Virus record (IMG/VR): IMGVR_UViG_3300032278_000010
Span: 1 to 53,417 of that record
From: a virus
Lineage: Duplodnaviria; Caudoviricetes
DNA: 53,417 bases
Reading direction: 5' to 3' (one strand)
Shown piece after piece: positions 10,659 to 19,930 of this stretch (its first letter is position 1; each line of letters starts with the position of its first letter). A program made the translations under genes and the position numbers. Under the pieces are notes generated by a model. The model was not told the origin of the DNA and did not search any database. It saw nothing but the letters and a program-made list of their open reading frames with translations.

Positions 10659-10868
10659 TTATCTTCCTGGTGACATGTATCTACTTGCAATCCATAAGCC
10701 AGCATAAAACATGGATATAGCGACAATACAATAAAGTGTGAATATTCCCAGCATTTCGTACCATGCTGGTAAGTTAGAAACTGAATATGTAGTTGATTGT
10801 GTTCCTTGTCGTATATTTAACAGGAGAGTTAATTTATCGCTACTATCACAAGAGTTAAGTACCTTCAT
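10659..10868 (-). CDS. small membrane protein
   Basis: 69 aa, hydrophobic C-terminus, GGGAG SD. Confidence 0.5.
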   Translation of the reverse strand: MKVLNSCDSSDKLTLLLNIRQGTQSTTYSVSNLPAWYEMLGIFTLYCIVAISMFYAGLWIASRYMSPGR

Positions 10869-10999
10869 CTAAACTCCCTTCTTTTATGTCATTAACAAAT
10901 TCAAGAGCTACTTCGATTAGAATTGAATCTTCTTTACTATCTACAGAACCATTCTGAACTTCTTCTAATATTTGTTCTATGTATTCTAGTTTTTTCTGT

Positions 11000-11464
11000 T
11001 TATTCAGAGCCATCTTCCTCCTCCTCTTCCTCCTCTACTTCAATATTTTCAGTAACTAGTTTGATGTAACCATTAGTAGGTACGAGATCTACAATAGCTT
11101 TCTGACTAGCTTGACCTAAAGTAGAGATCCATACTGGAGCGTTAATTTGCATAACATGATCTTTGTAGAATTCATCAAAATGATCTGCAGTTATAAATGA
11201 TTTTCCTACGGCGTCTTCACATTCCTTAAGGAATTCAGCAACAGTAACTGGTTCTTCAACTGGTTCAAATGCTAAATCAGTATGATACCCAAAGTAACTA
11301 TGAGATTTACCTGGGTAATGCTTATCAGTTATTTTTACAAGTAGCCCAACGCGTTCTCTCTGTAACGCTTTTATTAGACCACTTAGAGACATTTGATATT
11401 TTGCACGATGTTTATATCTAGGTATGCTTTTTTTTATTTCGTCCATTATTTTTTTAGAATCCAT
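11000..11464 (-). CDS. phage hypothetical protein
   Basis: HSYFGYHTDLAFEP motif, acidic tail, AGGAG SD. Confidence 0.7.
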   Translation of the reverse strand: MDSKKIMDEIKKSIPRYKHRAKYQMSLSGLIKALQRERVGLLVKITDKHYPGKSHSYFGYHTDLAFEPVEEPVTVAEFLKECEDAVGKSFITADHFDEFYKDHVMQINAPVWISTLGQASQKAIVDLVPTNGYIKLVTENIEVEEEEEEEDGSE

Positions 11465-11621
11465 ATTTTTTCTCCTTTTTAGCTTTATTTATTGATTTCC
11501 CCCAAACTGTCTTTGCAATACTTTTAGCTATTTGTTCATACTTGGCGTCCATCGTCTTCTGTCCATTAATGACATTAGTCAATTCGCCTTTTGAATTAAA
11601 TACTCTAATATCATGAATCAT
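11454..11621 (-). CDS. small protein similar to 45972..46190 (not in ORF track)
   Basis: Manual translation MIHDIRVFNSKGELTNVIN... (55 aa), AGGAG SD. Confidence 0.6.
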   Translation of the reverse strand: MIHDIRVFNSKGELTNVINGQKTMDAKYEQIAKSIAKTVWGKSINKAKKEKKYGF

Positions 11622-11770
11622 AATTTCTCCTTTTTAGATTGAAAATGCTTATATTCTTTTATCATTTCTGCTACTAGATCGAAAATTTCATCTAAGTCCT
11701 TTGGGTCTTGTTCTTCTAGTAATTTAGTTAATTCCTCAATTAGAGTATTCTTATGTTTACGCATATAGTG

Positions 11771-11855
11771 TGCCCTTGGGTGGCCTCGAACCACCGACTT
11801 ACCGTTTCTTCTCCTCAGAAGAATACAGTTGCTTTACCAGCTAAGCTACAAGGGC
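11771..11855 (-). tRNA. tRNA-like gene with 12-nt expansion of the anticodon arm (no canonical anticodon loop)
   Basis: Acceptor GCCCTTG/CAAGGGC+A; D-arm GCTT-AGCTGGTA-AAGC; T-arm GGTGG-TTCGAGG-CCACC; anticodon stem ACTGT/ACGGT encloses 19 nt; no encoded CCA. Confidence 0.8.
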
Positions 11856-11860
11856 ATTAA

Positions 11861-12154
11861 TTATTTGTTTGATTCGTACCCTTGACTTTTTCTTATTCGT
11901 TCAAGTCCTGCTTCGGGAATTCGTCTTTCTTGAGGTTCTAATTTATCGGGGCATTCAAGATAGTCTTGAAATATATCTTTGAATATACTATTAATCATTT
12001 CTTTATAATCATTTTGACCATAATGCTTAATTGTTATTTCACTAACTACTTCCTGACATCTAAGGATGTCCTGTGCTAATTTAAGTACATTCATATATTC
12101 TCCTTTTAAATGAATGGCGGATAGTGAGCTACGCAAATGTATCGCTACCGCTTT
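11861..12154 (-). CDS. hypothetical protein
   Basis: Start likely MNVLKL after AGGAG SD rather than 12193. Confidence 0.6.
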   Translation of the reverse strand, partial: KAVAIHLRSSLSAIHLKGEYMNVLKLAQDILRCQEVVSEITIKHYGQNDYKEMINSIFKDIFQDYLECPDKLEPQERRIPEAGLERIRKSQGYESNK

Positions 12155-12164
12155 AATGACCCAT

Positions 12165-12431
12165 AAAACTAGTATTAGCTCCTGGCCAACCAATTAGTAA
12201 GAGGAGTAGCAATGCATATCCTAGTGTCGACTAGCGTCTATGTACAGACCACGTTGGCCAGAATACACACCGCTCAACAATCTTAAGAATCTACCGCCTC
12301 CACTTTCGGCTTCGCAGGCCATAAACCCTTTACTTCCAGAGTATCAGTTTTACAGGGTACGGAGCGACCGCAACTCCCAACTCCTACGGGCTAAGCTTCT
12401 AAGGCTCCTCATTAAGACTATTGTCCCCCTA
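12165..12431 (-). ncRNA. candidate structured ncRNA
   Basis: GC-richer intergenic gap with nested inverted repeats (CTGGCCAAC/GTTGGCCAG, CTAGT/ACTAG, AGTCTTAA/TTAAGATT). Confidence 0.45.
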
Positions 12432-12434
12432 ATT

Positions 12435-13460
12435 TTATAAATCTAACCTTCCTTCTATTAACATACTTGCAGCTTGTGAACAGATAGGCTGAACTGAGCA
12501 GTATTTACATCGTATAGCCATAGCTGGAAAGTGTTTAACTATTCCAGTTCCTTTTTCAGCTAGATGTACCTGAGCCTCAGTTTCTGGATGTTCATATTTA
12601 TCATATCCAAACACTTTACTGGCTCTATCTGTTTTAGCTGGATTAGCATAATATTTATATTTTTCAGTATTTCTTCTAATCCAAAGATCTTCATTAGTAC
12701 ATTCTGGTAATGATTCTTGAGGTAATGCTATTGCATTAGTAATAGCCTGCAATCTTTGTTTAATAAAATTTTCAGTTTCTTCAATACTCCATAATGGATA
12801 AGATTTAGTTGCTACTTTTAAAGAGGGGTAGTCTTCTTTATTATAGCTTTCTTTTTTAAATTTGCGTTTCTCTGCAATACTCCAGTCTGTAAATAAATAA
12901 TGAATTTGTATATAATCATTAGTAATTTTATCTGGATTTAACCATCTATAAATACTTCCTTGTTTAATATAGTCTTCTTTATTACTTTGATTAACATAAG
13001 CCCATGTGCTTGTAGATTTATAGTCATGAACAGTTCCTTCCATAACTAGATCGTATTTACCAGAAATGATAAATCCGTCGAGTTCTTTTTCAGCTCGTTG
13101 TTCTATATAAATTGGTATTTCCCCGGGGTTTACTTCTTCTGGGTTAACTCTGAGAGTATCTATAACATTGTCAGAAGCCCCAAATAATTCCAAAGCTTTT
13201 ACTACGTTATTTCGATTTGACCATGCAGCTTCACATGCTGAATGTAAAGCATTACCCATAGTTGAGGCTATTAAGTCTGAGACTTCTACAGTTTTCTGTG
13301 ACTCAGGATTTTGCTTTCGTAATACTATTTCACGTAAGGGTTTAAGTAAACCTGTAGCGCTGATTGAATTAGATCTATTATCATAGTCATAATTGTCATG
13401 CATTAGAAATACAGCTAATGGTAATGACACATTATTCTTATTTGTAAATTCAAATGCCAT
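12435..13460 (-). CDS. PD-(D/E)XK (Cas4-like) nuclease (N4 gp42-like)
   Basis: ISATGLLKP, EQR, SGKYD, DYKSTS, QGSIY and C-terminal CKYC...C. Confidence 0.85.
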   Translation of the reverse strand: MAFEFTNKNNVSLPLAVFLMHDNYDYDNRSNSISATGLLKPLREIVLRKQNPESQKTVEVSDLIASTMGNALHSACEAAWSNRNNVVKALELFGASDNVIDTLRVNPEEVNPGEIPIYIEQRAEKELDGFIISGKYDLVMEGTVHDYKSTSTWAYVNQSNKEDYIKQGSIYRWLNPDKITNDYIQIHYLFTDWSIAEKRKFKKESYNKEDYPSLKVATKSYPLWSIEETENFIKQRLQAITNAIALPQESLPECTNEDLWIRRNTEKYKYYANPAKTDRASKVFGYDKYEHPETEAQVHLAEKGTGIVKHFPAMAIRCKYCSVQPICSQAASMLIEGRLDL

Positions 13461-13710
13461 ATATTAACCTTTCTGTTTTAAGGATATTTAAATGTTGTTT
13501 ATAATTAGTACCTTTAGGCAGATCTGTTAATAACATTACGCAGTCTGCTTCAGCTGCTTTTTTCCAATCTTTTATTGTACCGCTAGAATCCACCCAATCT
13601 CTTCTGAATAAACATTCGTCAAATGGTATATCGTACCATCTAGGAAGCCATTGATCTTTTATATTAGGATTAATGATTCCACCTATACATAAATACTTAT
13701 ATTTTTTCAT
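13450..13710 (-). CDS. hypothetical protein
   Basis: 86 aa, overlaps both neighbours. Confidence 0.6.
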   Translation of the reverse strand: MKKYKYLCIGGIINPNIKDQWLPRWYDIPFDECLFRRDWVDSSGTIKDWKKAAEADCVMLLTDLPKGTNYKQHLNILKTERLIYGI

Positions 13711-15011
13711 GAGTTTATATACACGTTTTCGCTGGCTCTAGTTAAAGCAACATAGAATAGCCGTGCTTTAGTAATTTTATCTCTACATTTATCTATATTT
13801 GTTTTGTCAATAAATACAGCTGGGAATGTTCCACCTTGAGCTTTATGAGTCGTACCTGCAAAAGGTGGGCGTAAATCTGCTAAAGCATTTTTAATATCAT
13901 AATAGTGTACCCAATGTGATTTATCTTTTTCTTTGATAGCTTGTTTCTTATATTCAGCTAAAACTTTATTAGCGGCTGTAGGCGTGATAGGTGAGAATAC
14001 TTTTTTAACATCAGTTTTAAGATACTCACAAAAGTCTCCTCGTACTGTTACTAAATAGCCAGGAATACCCATATATTCTGCATCTTCATATTGCATAACG
14101 CGGATTGTTTCATTATTAGTTAATATTATTTTTTCGGATTCCATCACTACGCTATTAGCAATTAGTATTTCCCCGGGATAAAAAGGTTGCACTACATCTT
14201 CTAAAAAATATGAAGCTTTACGAATCATAGCATTATAATTAATTGCGGATTCGTTAGTATATGTACATAGAGGCACATCCACATAAGTTCCTACAGTATA
14301 GTTCATATATTTACTAACAAATTTCGATACAAAATCTGTATGTGGTAATACATGAATACCGTTTCCATTATTATTAACTAAGCTTTCCAGTGTAGGTTCG
14401 ACACTAATATTTCCTTTTATATATTCACGAAATTCGGTAGCTTTAGCTAGAATTGGATTATCTTTAAGTTGTCTGTGAATTGTAGTAAGGGTAAAGGTAG
14501 GTAATGAACCATCGAAGATACAACATTTATCTTTTGGAGGAGGAAGTTGATAGTTATCTCCTACAAATAGTAATTTTAAATTCTTTTTCTTAACTATATC
14601 TACGATAGCTTTTAAAAATGAATTACCAATCATAGAAGCTTCGTCAATAATAACTAAAGATCCTGGTTTAATTTTACAACTGCCAGAAGATGTAATTAAT
14701 TCTTTACCTGAAGCACTAACAGTAGGACGTAGTTTAAATAATTTATGCGCAGTGGTAGTTTGGTCCTTTCCAATTAATACTATAGTATCGGCTAGTACAC
14801 GAGCTGCTCTATGAGTGCTTGCACACAAAGCTACTGGGATCATATCGTTAATATCTTTAGCTCGTTCTATAATTTCTCCTATTACGGTAGTCTTACCAGT
14901 ACCCGCCGATCCGGTAAGAACAGCTATTTTATGCGTATAAGATATTAGGTGAAGTTGTAACGTGTCACATATACCACTTATCGCATCAAGCTGATCTTGT
15001 GAAAAGTTCAT
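13707..15011 (-). CDS. Dda/RecD-like SF1B DNA helicase (N4 gp37-like)
   Basis: GSAGTGKT, ASTHRAA, IIDEASM, GDNYQLPP, THKAQG, YVALTRA. Confidence 0.95.
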   Translation of the reverse strand: MNFSQDQLDAISGICDTLQLHLISYTHKIAVLTGSAGTGKTTVIGEIIERAKDINDMIPVALCASTHRAARVLADTIVLIGKDQTTTAHKLFKLRPTVSASGKELITSSGSCKIKPGSLVIIDEASMIGNSFLKAIVDIVKKKNLKLLFVGDNYQLPPPKDKCCIFDGSLPTFTLTTIHRQLKDNPILAKATEFREYIKGNISVEPTLESLVNNNGNGIHVLPHTDFVSKFVSKYMNYTVGTYVDVPLCTYTNESAINYNAMIRKASYFLEDVVQPFYPGEILIANSVVMESEKIILTNNETIRVMQYEDAEYMGIPGYLVTVRGDFCEYLKTDVKKVFSPITPTAANKVLAEYKKQAIKEKDKSHWVHYYDIKNALADLRPPFAGTTHKAQGGTFPAVFIDKTNIDKCRDKITKARLFYVALTRASENVYINS

Positions 15012-17436
15012 AAATCTCCTTTAGTGTTGCATTATTATTTAATGGAACTAATGTATCCCAAGATTTACCTATTTCTAGCGTAGCTTTCATAGGAACATCT
15101 ACAGATTTAATCACTTTATGATCGTTCCATTCCATTTCTTCGATAAGTATATCGTTTAAAAATTTAATATAATGTGGGTCATTTCTAACTATGAAATAAC
15201 CAGCATCGTGGATCATATTACATGGAAGAATATCCTGGCTATGGCCAGCTTCTTCTATACGCCGGTTAGTTGCATTCATAGCTCTATTAAGTAGCATCCC
15301 CCAGGATTGAGTTATTGCATTATTAGCACTACGAGCTTCTTTATCTGCTTCGTGTGGTGTTCTAGAATTGCCTAGAATACACTGCGATATTATTGGAGTC
15401 CTTAGTTTTAAACCAAATGCGCACTCTACGTATCCATGTTCTTCCATAAATTGTGTATTCTTTTTATTGAATTCTTTAGATACTTTATATAATTCATGAA
15501 ATGCTTTCTCAATTTTAGTAGCTTGATTCATCGGAAATCCGGTTCTCTTATGAAGAGTATAAGCTGTGCCCATATATTGTAGAGCAAAGGTAGGTCCTTT
15601 AGATCTACGTCTTAGTTCTGGGTATTTATTTTGAATAGAATTGATACTATCTACATCTGTTGGATCTATATCAGGCATTTGATCTGCGAAATATGTTTGA
15701 GCTCTTAGTGAATGCCCATCATAGCCGTCGGTGTATACCTTAATTCGATTGGGGTCCTTACTTAGAATAGCTCCTATACGTTCTTCTAGAGCTGAGAAAT
15801 CTGCACCTGCAAACAACCAACCATCTGGGGCTACTATACAACTTTTAATAAGTTTTCCCATAGAGCCATGGGCTGGAAGGTTTGTTAGATTAGGAGAATT
15901 ACTGGATAGTCTTCCTGATTGAGTTCCTCCTAATTTTAGATTGCCATGAAGGACATCAGTTTCTTTCATAAAAGCTTTAATAAATGTCCCATCAATTTTG
16001 TCTACTTCAGATAATTCCTGAATAAATTCTAATAAATCTAGAATATCCTGGTCTGTAGTATGATTTGCTAAATCTTTAAGTGTCTGTCCTCCTGTAGCAG
16101 GTGCTCCGGATTTAGTTTTATCTAATATTGGTAATTTTAAATGACCAAATAATAAAAGAGCTAATTGTTGATGACTACTTGGATTAAACTGAACGTCATA
16201 AAATTCTTTTATAGTTTTAACTAATTTCTTTAATTTAGAATTAGCTGTTGTACACGCTACTCTTTGTAAAGTTTTAGTGAATTTTTTAACATGTTTGTTT
16301 TCTTGAATTTGTTCATGTAGTACTTTATTTTTAGCTTCCAAAATATTATGAACATCCATTACTCGTTCTGAGCTCATTGGTAATCCAATCAGCATCATCT
16401 TGGTTAAAGTATATAAACTAGGTTTAAATATTTCTAGATAAGCTTCAGAAGATAATTGTTCTATATAAGTTTCGTAGGCATAGAAAGTAGCTAATGCGTC
16501 AATTAAATTATATTGTAGTATTTCTTTTTTTGTATGTTTGGTGATATCGGTGAGTTCGATAGCGTAATTGCCTACGTACTCTAATGCTATCTCTTTTAAT
16601 CCTAAGGATATTGGAGTAGTAGCATTTTTAGCTAAATAAGCTAGTATCATGGTGTCGTCAAAAGTTTTGAAATTATGCAATCCCCGCATCATCCCTTCAT
16701 AATCTTTATCATGTTCCATCCATAAACTATGAACTAACATTTTTACGTCAAATAAACCATTATGGAATATGAGTTGGCCTCTGTATTTTTCAAAGAAATC
16801 CTTAAGCCAATAGATACCAGTAATTGAAATATCAATTGCTGCACCATCATGCTTAGTCCATGCAAATGCAATAGATATTAAATTGTCATGTAAATCCAAT
16901 CCTGTAGTTTCAATATCTACTGTGAGTACTTGGTGTTGGTACAGATGATCCAAAATATCTCTGTCAGATCCATGAGCAAAACCATATTCAGCAGAATTTA
17001 TGAGTTGAGTATTACCATTAGAAGTGATTGCTTTAATACCTGCATCAATTAATCGAATATTTTCTGGTTGTTTAAATAAAGATTTATAATTTGGAATATA
17101 TACACAGCTGTATTTTTCATAACCGGGATAAGCGCCATTAAGCACTGCACCGTAATAGTCAGAAACTTTAGCTTTTTTAGTAATAACCTTAAAGTAATTA
17201 CTATCAGCTATAATCATGTTAGTAACTGTTTCAGGAATCTTTATGATAAGCTTATCTAAGTAAGCTTTAGCAGTTTTGGCTACTATCTTTGTATCTGTAT
17301 TATATATAAGCGGTAAAGGCAGGACGTCTCCTTTACTTATACCTGCTGCTTCTAATTTGTCTAAATATTGTGATGAGATTTCTGCATAGTTATCTAATGC
17401 ATTTTCTTTACACAGTAGGACAGTAGTGATCGACAT
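14986..17436 (-). CDS. family A DNA polymerase (N4 gp39-like)
   Basis: Exonuclease motifs DIETTG, HNGLFD and YNLID; GTQSGRLSS; motif A DFSALE; motif B RRRSKGPTFALQY; motif C IHDA. Confidence 0.95.
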   Translation of the reverse strand: MSITTVLLCKENALDNYAEISSQYLDKLEAAGISKGDVLPLPLIYNTDTKIVAKTAKAYLDKLIIKIPETVTNMIIADSNYFKVITKKAKVSDYYGAVLNGAYPGYEKYSCVYIPNYKSLFKQPENIRLIDAGIKAITSNGNTQLINSAEYGFAHGSDRDILDHLYQHQVLTVDIETTGLDLHDNLISIAFAWTKHDGAAIDISITGIYWLKDFFEKYRGQLIFHNGLFDVKMLVHSLWMEHDKDYEGMMRGLHNFKTFDDTMILAYLAKNATTPISLGLKEIALEYVGNYAIELTDITKHTKKEILQYNLIDALATFYAYETYIEQLSSEAYLEIFKPSLYTLTKMMLIGLPMSSERVMDVHNILEAKNKVLHEQIQENKHVKKFTKTLQRVACTTANSKLKKLVKTIKEFYDVQFNPSSHQQLALLLFGHLKLPILDKTKSGAPATGGQTLKDLANHTTDQDILDLLEFIQELSEVDKIDGTFIKAFMKETDVLHGNLKLGGTQSGRLSSNSPNLTNLPAHGSMGKLIKSCIVAPDGWLFAGADFSALEERIGAILSKDPNRIKVYTDGYDGHSLRAQTYFADQMPDIDPTDVDSINSIQNKYPELRRRSKGPTFALQYMGTAYTLHKRTGFPMNQATKIEKAFHELYKVSKEFNKKNTQFMEEHGYVECAFGLKLRTPIISQCILGNSRTPHEADKEARSANNAITQSWGMLLNRAMNATNRRIEEAGHSQDILPCNMIHDAGYFIVRNDPHYIKFLNDILIEEMEWNDHKVIKSVDVPMKATLEIGKSWDTLVPLNNNATLKEIYELFTRSA

Positions 17437-18523
17437 AAACAGTTTCCCCTATAGTAGCCGGTGGATGATCAGAATTGCATATCCATAAAACAGGATAATC
17501 TACAGGATCCATCTCTTCTTCTCCATATAAATCAGTAAAGTAAATAAGTGCATGAGTAGGATGCTTATCTACATAATTTAATACAGGTAGAAATGATGTA
17601 CCTCCCCCTCCATGAAAATCTAAATCTAAAATATCCATTCCCTGAGTTACTTCATATACTTCATGGATTTCAGCATCACAATCAATAATCCGCATACTTT
17701 CTGGATTAAATGTTTGTTGTATTCCTTTAATTTCACTTAACATTTCTTGCAGCTCTTCTTCTGAAACACTTGAACTAGTATCAATAGCAAAAGTTAAATT
17801 TCCTAAACCATGACTATGTAGACTAGGCATGTAGGCACTATGGTATCTTCTATTTTTACGTGCCCAGGAATATTCTTCTTTAACTCTTGTATCTAGAAAT
17901 TTATGCAGGATAACCTGCCAAGGTAATTTCGGATTTAGTAGCTCATCAATAGTCCTTAATATTTCATCTGGGATATCTCCCTTAATATTTTTCCCTGATG
18001 CTAAAGATTGTGTTCTAGCTCTAACAATAATGTTAGTAATTTCAGAATCTATAGATAATTTTTGGTCTTCTTGTCCACTGTCATTTAGATCTAGCATTAT
18101 ATTGCTATAATCTTGTTTATCTTTCATGAGATCTTCGTAAACTGTATCAGTGGTCCATTCTTCATCGTATTTAGGATCTATTAATCCTCCTTTAGGGATT
18201 TCAAATCCTGCTTTAGTAAGCATAAAATTAATAACGTAATCGGCAGCTGCATTCCAAACTAGTGGATCCCTGTTTCCTCTACGAGCAAGATGTTGAAATG
18301 CTACATGCCAACATTCGTGGGCCATAAGTCCAGCAAATTGTATTACTGATTGTTTTTCTAGAAATGTAGGATTGTATCGAATAGTAGTTCCACAAACGTC
18401 AGCTGTAGTGCACTTGTCAGTGATAATATGACGTAAGCTTAATGCTATTGTAGAAATGAAAGGAGACCTAGACATTAGCTCTATCTTAGCTTTAAGTAAT
18501 TTACCTTCTAGATCCGTTGTCAT
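17408..18523 (-). CDS. metallopeptidase-VWA protein (N4 gp25-like)
   Basis: HECWH, WNAAADYVIN, MIDAS-like DTSSS, GGGGT, YFTDL. Confidence 0.9.
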   Translation of the reverse strand: MTTDLEGKLLKAKIELMSRSPFISTIALSLRHIITDKCTTADVCGTTIRYNPTFLEKQSVIQFAGLMAHECWHVAFQHLARRGNRDPLVWNAAADYVINFMLTKAGFEIPKGGLIDPKYDEEWTTDTVYEDLMKDKQDYSNIMLDLNDSGQEDQKLSIDSEITNIIVRARTQSLASGKNIKGDIPDEILRTIDELLNPKLPWQVILHKFLDTRVKEEYSWARKNRRYHSAYMPSLHSHGLGNLTFAIDTSSSVSEEELQEMLSEIKGIQQTFNPESMRIIDCDAEIHEVYEVTQGMDILDLDFHGGGGTSFLPVLNYVDKHPTHALIYFTDLYGEEEMDPVDYPVLWICNSDHPPATIGETVYVDHYCPTV

Positions 18524-18837
18524 ACTTTCTCCTTTTTATAGTCTACTCTTGCTCCTCTGTTCACTGCTGCGGCTACCTTATTCCATGTTGCTTTAGATCC
18601 TTCACCGTTAGTTTTAGCAAGTTGTAGATTGCGTGTTCTTTTGTCCCATTTAGTCTTGTACTTGCGAGTAGCACCAATAGGACGTGCCATAAGATCATCG
18701 GGAGAAACAGTTTCTATAAGATTTCCATCACCATCATATCTTTTAACTTTAAAAAATAATTTAGCTCCATAGTTAGCTCGCTTACTGTTATCTCGTCTAC
18801 GTGATCCTTTTCTCCTTTTAGCATCATGTTGTGTCAT
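18520..18837 (-). CDS. basic hypothetical protein
   Basis: 105 aa with a VKRYDGDGNLIETVS segment. Confidence 0.65.
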   Translation of the reverse strand: MTQHDAKRRKGSRRRDNSKRANYGAKLFFKVKRYDGDGNLIETVSPDDLMARPIGATRKYKTKWDKRTRNLQLAKTNGEGSKATWNKVAAAVNRGARVDYKKEKV

Positions 18838-18846
18838 AATAATCTC

Positions 18847-19764
18847 CTAAGACATATCAGAATCATCCCGCATACCCAGATATACTGGATGTCTTGGTGC
18901 ATCTTTAACACCAATTTTAAATGATTTATACTTAACGGTTTGACCTATTAAACCATTTTTGTATTTCCATAATTGATTTCTTGTAGCATCATCAAAACCT
19001 GTACCAATATTAAATTGAATACCAGTGGTTCTGTCTTTGCACACAAGAGCGCCTAATGTTCCCTTAGGAGTTTTGTTTTCCTTATGAGAAGATCGTTGGC
19101 CTCTTCCAAGTTCGTTAACTTTCTTTTCGTTATTGTTTTTCATTTGCTCTTCCATACCAAGTATCGTAGCTTCAGAGTCTTCAAATCGTTTTACTTTTAT
19201 TAATCCACCTTCTTTTGCTGTAGATCTGCCATGTTTATACGCACCATTAGGATCACGAAGAATTACCCCCTCGTATCCTTGACCTAAACAGTATTGTTCA
19301 TATGCTTGTAGTTCTTCCATATTAAAAATACTTACTGATTTAAGAATTTTAATATTAGGGTGTATGCCTGTGGGGTCAATATGATATAGTTCATGTTGTC
19401 TGCCCATGTAAGAATAAGGATGTAAGAAATTATCAAACACCCAAAATGTAAATTCAGGAGTACCTGTTTCTCTCATTACGTTACCGTTAGTAATACGATA
19501 AACATCATGAGCTGTAGGATCTCCTGAAATTATTTCTCCGTCCAATCCATTAAATTCTTCTCGTCCCAAAATATATTGAATATGTTTATTACGTATTGGT
19601 TTTAGAGATCTAGATAATGCTATTCCATCCTGGATCATACAACGTATGCCATCTAATTTAGGAGATGCGTACATTTCACCAAACTTATTACTAATTGTTC
19701 TGTTAAATAATTTAGAAATTTGTTCATCTGTAGCTTTACCAGCTAGCATAGGTTTTAAATGCAT
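18847..19764 (-). CDS. ATP-dependent DNA ligase
   Basis: KPMLA, motif I PKLDGIR, LDGEI, YEGVILR, YKHGRS, IGTGF, PRHPVY. Confidence 0.95.
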   Translation of the reverse strand: MHLKPMLAGKATDEQISKLFNRTISNKFGEMYASPKLDGIRCMIQDGIALSRSLKPIRNKHIQYILGREEFNGLDGEIISGDPTAHDVYRITNGNVMRETGTPEFTFWVFDNFLHPYSYMGRQHELYHIDPTGIHPNIKILKSVSIFNMEELQAYEQYCLGQGYEGVILRDPNGAYKHGRSTAKEGGLIKVKRFEDSEATILGMEEQMKNNNEKKVNELGRGQRSSHKENKTPKGTLGALVCKDRTTGIQFNIGTGFDDATRNQLWKYKNGLIGQTVKYKSFKIGVKDAPRHPVYLGMRDDSDMS

Positions 19765-19930
19765 ATTTACTCCTCCTTTTTAGATGGAACTTCTAATTCG
19801 TCTAACCAAAATTTGACATGTATAAAGCTGCCTTGCATTGAAGAAATAGTACATTTAAATGGGCAGCTCTTTAACCATGTTAAAAATGTTTCAATTATTT
19901 TCACTTGATTTAGTGACATAATTCTCCTTA

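Noticed and set aside
12170-12431. tmRNA (starts GGGGG, ends CCGCCA on the minus strand)
   Set aside because: No T-arm before CCA and the two ends do not form an acceptor stem
12240-12440. 66-aa plus-strand ORF
   Set aside because: Antisense to the whole block, no SD, Pro/Leu-rich shadow translation
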